From Nitrospirales bacterium (GTDB lineage Bacteria > Nitrospirota > Nitrospiria > Nitrospirales > UBA8639), in the NCBI GenBank assembly GCA_965203295.1, contig CBDBCZ010000019.1, positions 1,472,001-1,536,000 of the forward strand: a stretch of 64,000 nt of DNA. Reading direction: 5' to 3'. The notes under the pieces are model-generated. The model saw nothing but the letters and a program-made list of their open reading frames with translations. It was not told the DNA's origin and made no database searches. A program made the position numbers and the translations under genes. This document shows, piece by piece, positions 62,396-64,000 of this stretch (the stretch's first letter is position 1; each line of letters begins with the position of its first letter).

Positions 62396-64000
62396 TTAAA
62401 GTTTTTCGACCATCGTTTGAATGCGATTGAAGCCTGCTTGCCAAAACCGCTCTGATCGAATGTCAACGCTAAGTTTGCGAAGCATTTTTTCAGGGTTCTG
62501 AGATCCTCCCGTTGAAAGCAATTCCAGATAGCGAGGAATAAAAGATTCCCCTTGCTATTTATATTTTTAGTACAACGCTAAAACCAAAAGATTCCCGAAA
62601 CTATACGCATAGCAATAGAAGGGGCTTCGATAAATATGAGGAATGGAAAGCCATTCCCATTGAAACATGGAGGGAATCGTGACCCCTAGTCCAAACTGTT
62701 CAAGCAACAATTGAAGGTAGGTGGCAGCGAGTGCATTGACTGTGGCCCCGTTCGCGATCATGGCATGTACATGAATTTCAAATTCCACAAAATAGGCCTG
62801 ACGAAGCACGGTGGCATAGATGTCATCGAGTTGCGCCATCAGAAGGCTTTGTTGCACCCGGTGATTTCTTTCTTGAGCCAATAAGGCTTCAGACAGAAGT
62901 TGCTCGCCAAAAACTGATGCGGTTTCAGCCAAGGGCAATGGGGCATGAAAGGTAAATATTGTGTTATGATGAGCCAACATGGAATGAACGGCATGACCAA
63001 GTTCATGTGCAAGTGTCGCCACATCCCGTGGATCTCCTGTGTAATTTAGTAGACGTAGGGTGTGAATTCTGGAAGAACGCTATAACAAAAGCCCCTCCCA
63101 CTCTTTCCGGAATAAGTTCGGGCATCAAGGTGTTGATCTGTGAAGACCCGTTGGGCCAGATTAGTCATAGTCGGGGAAAATCGTTGATAGGCCTCAAAGA
63201 CAATCTGTACGGCCTTCGTAAAGGAGTACCGAGCTTTGGTTCCTTGAGGAGGGGCATAGATATGGAAGCGAGACATGCGCTTAATGCGACAAATCTTGGC
63301 TTTGATTTGGAAATATTCCTGAAAGATGTGGGCATTTTTTCTGCAGGTTTTGAGGAAGGTTTGAACGGCCTGGTCCGGAATATCATTAGCTAAGTTCCGC
63401 ACGGCTATGGGAGTCTTATACTCTCGTAAATCAAGACCTTCGATTTTCCAATCCAAGACTAGAGATTTATACAATTCCCCCAGAACATCTTGATTTGCTG
63501 AATATGCCCGAAACAGTTCCGAATAGGCTTTCTCTCGCAATTGCGGGGAAGGGCTTCGAAAATGCACGGACAAGGCTTCCTTGGTTAACGGTTGAACCTT
63601 TTTTTTGAAATGGATTGTATGGGAAAAACTATTAGTGCAGACGTCATAAAATCTATCGATGGCGCTTCGTCCTGTACTATTTTTTAGACTATTTTTTAGA
63701 TTGACAATGCGCTCTTCGTTTTCAGAGAGCGTGTGATTTTTAAGACGTGATAGCGTTTCGAGGTGGTACCGATATTTTCCGGCTTGTCGAAGGAATCCTA
63801 ACGACTGTCTGTGAGTCAATTCCTGCCACCATAAATCGAAAAATAGGATTCGATTTGCGTATTTCGTCAGTCTTTCTCGTACTTCCGCCTTGAATGCCCG
63901 AGCTGCTTGATTTTTAGTGTTCTCCGCAAACCACAGTTGTGCGAAAGCACTGAGCCTGGAGGATAGGCACACTATCTCATCAGTCAGCCTGAGCATTCTG
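62396..64000 (-). pseudogene. pepF: M3B oligoendopeptidase F (5' end outside the window), multiple lesions
   Basis: AHELGH, LAETASVF, PH.Y..PFYCYAY; frameshift ~63047, TAA 62567, TAG 62555, 12-bp duplication 63676-63699. Confidence 0.88.

Noticed and set aside
3314..62569. Stop-codon reassignment or readthrough explaining the many in-frame stops
   Set aside because: All three stop types occur (TAA 3314, 20589, 34650, 37754, 39660, 62567; TAG 12073, 37286, 62555; TGA 5627, 17261, 25837, 48932). They replace different expected residues, co-occur with frameshifts, and are absent from housekeeping genes, which end normally in all three codons.
856..63393. Numerous 60-190 aa ORFs antisense to or out of frame within recognised genes (e.g. 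1972-2394, 41527-42084, 58717-59187, 62959-63393)
   Set aside because: They are shadow ORFs with no motifs or RBS that overlap well-supported genes.

Overview
Chromosomal window from a bacterium that is probably Nitrospirota/Nitrospirales. This is inferred from the two-subunit pyruvate carboxylase, the aroQ-efp-accB-accC-thiE order and a degenerate ~125-bp repeat resembling one I recall from Nitrospira genomes. Core genes are open (proC, clpS, def, csp, rlpA, hemW, aroQ, efp, accBC, thiE, bioD, trxB, coaE, tpx, pycAB, hemE, hemY, apt, dksA-like, queC), and there is one tRNA-Leu(TAA). About 20 accessory genes are broken: potA/B/D, putA, thiI, tenA, pepF, an ABC exporter, lipoproteins and island genes. 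The lesions are nonsense codons, 1-bp indels, deletions that fuse neighbouring genes, and perfect 6-24 bp tandem duplications (eight seen). This looks like early genome erosion, as in a recently host-restricted symbiont. Non-coding structure includes a ~100-bp IS200/IS605-type non-autonomous element, a chimeric IS1380/IS1595 remnant closing a tRNA-adjacent sugar-gene island, one or two MITEs, a cluster of DnaA-box-like 9-mers and a repeated TTTGGACAG motif. I found no CRISPR array, prophage, or clearly new multi-gene system. All family calls come from motif recognition by eye; no database searches were run.
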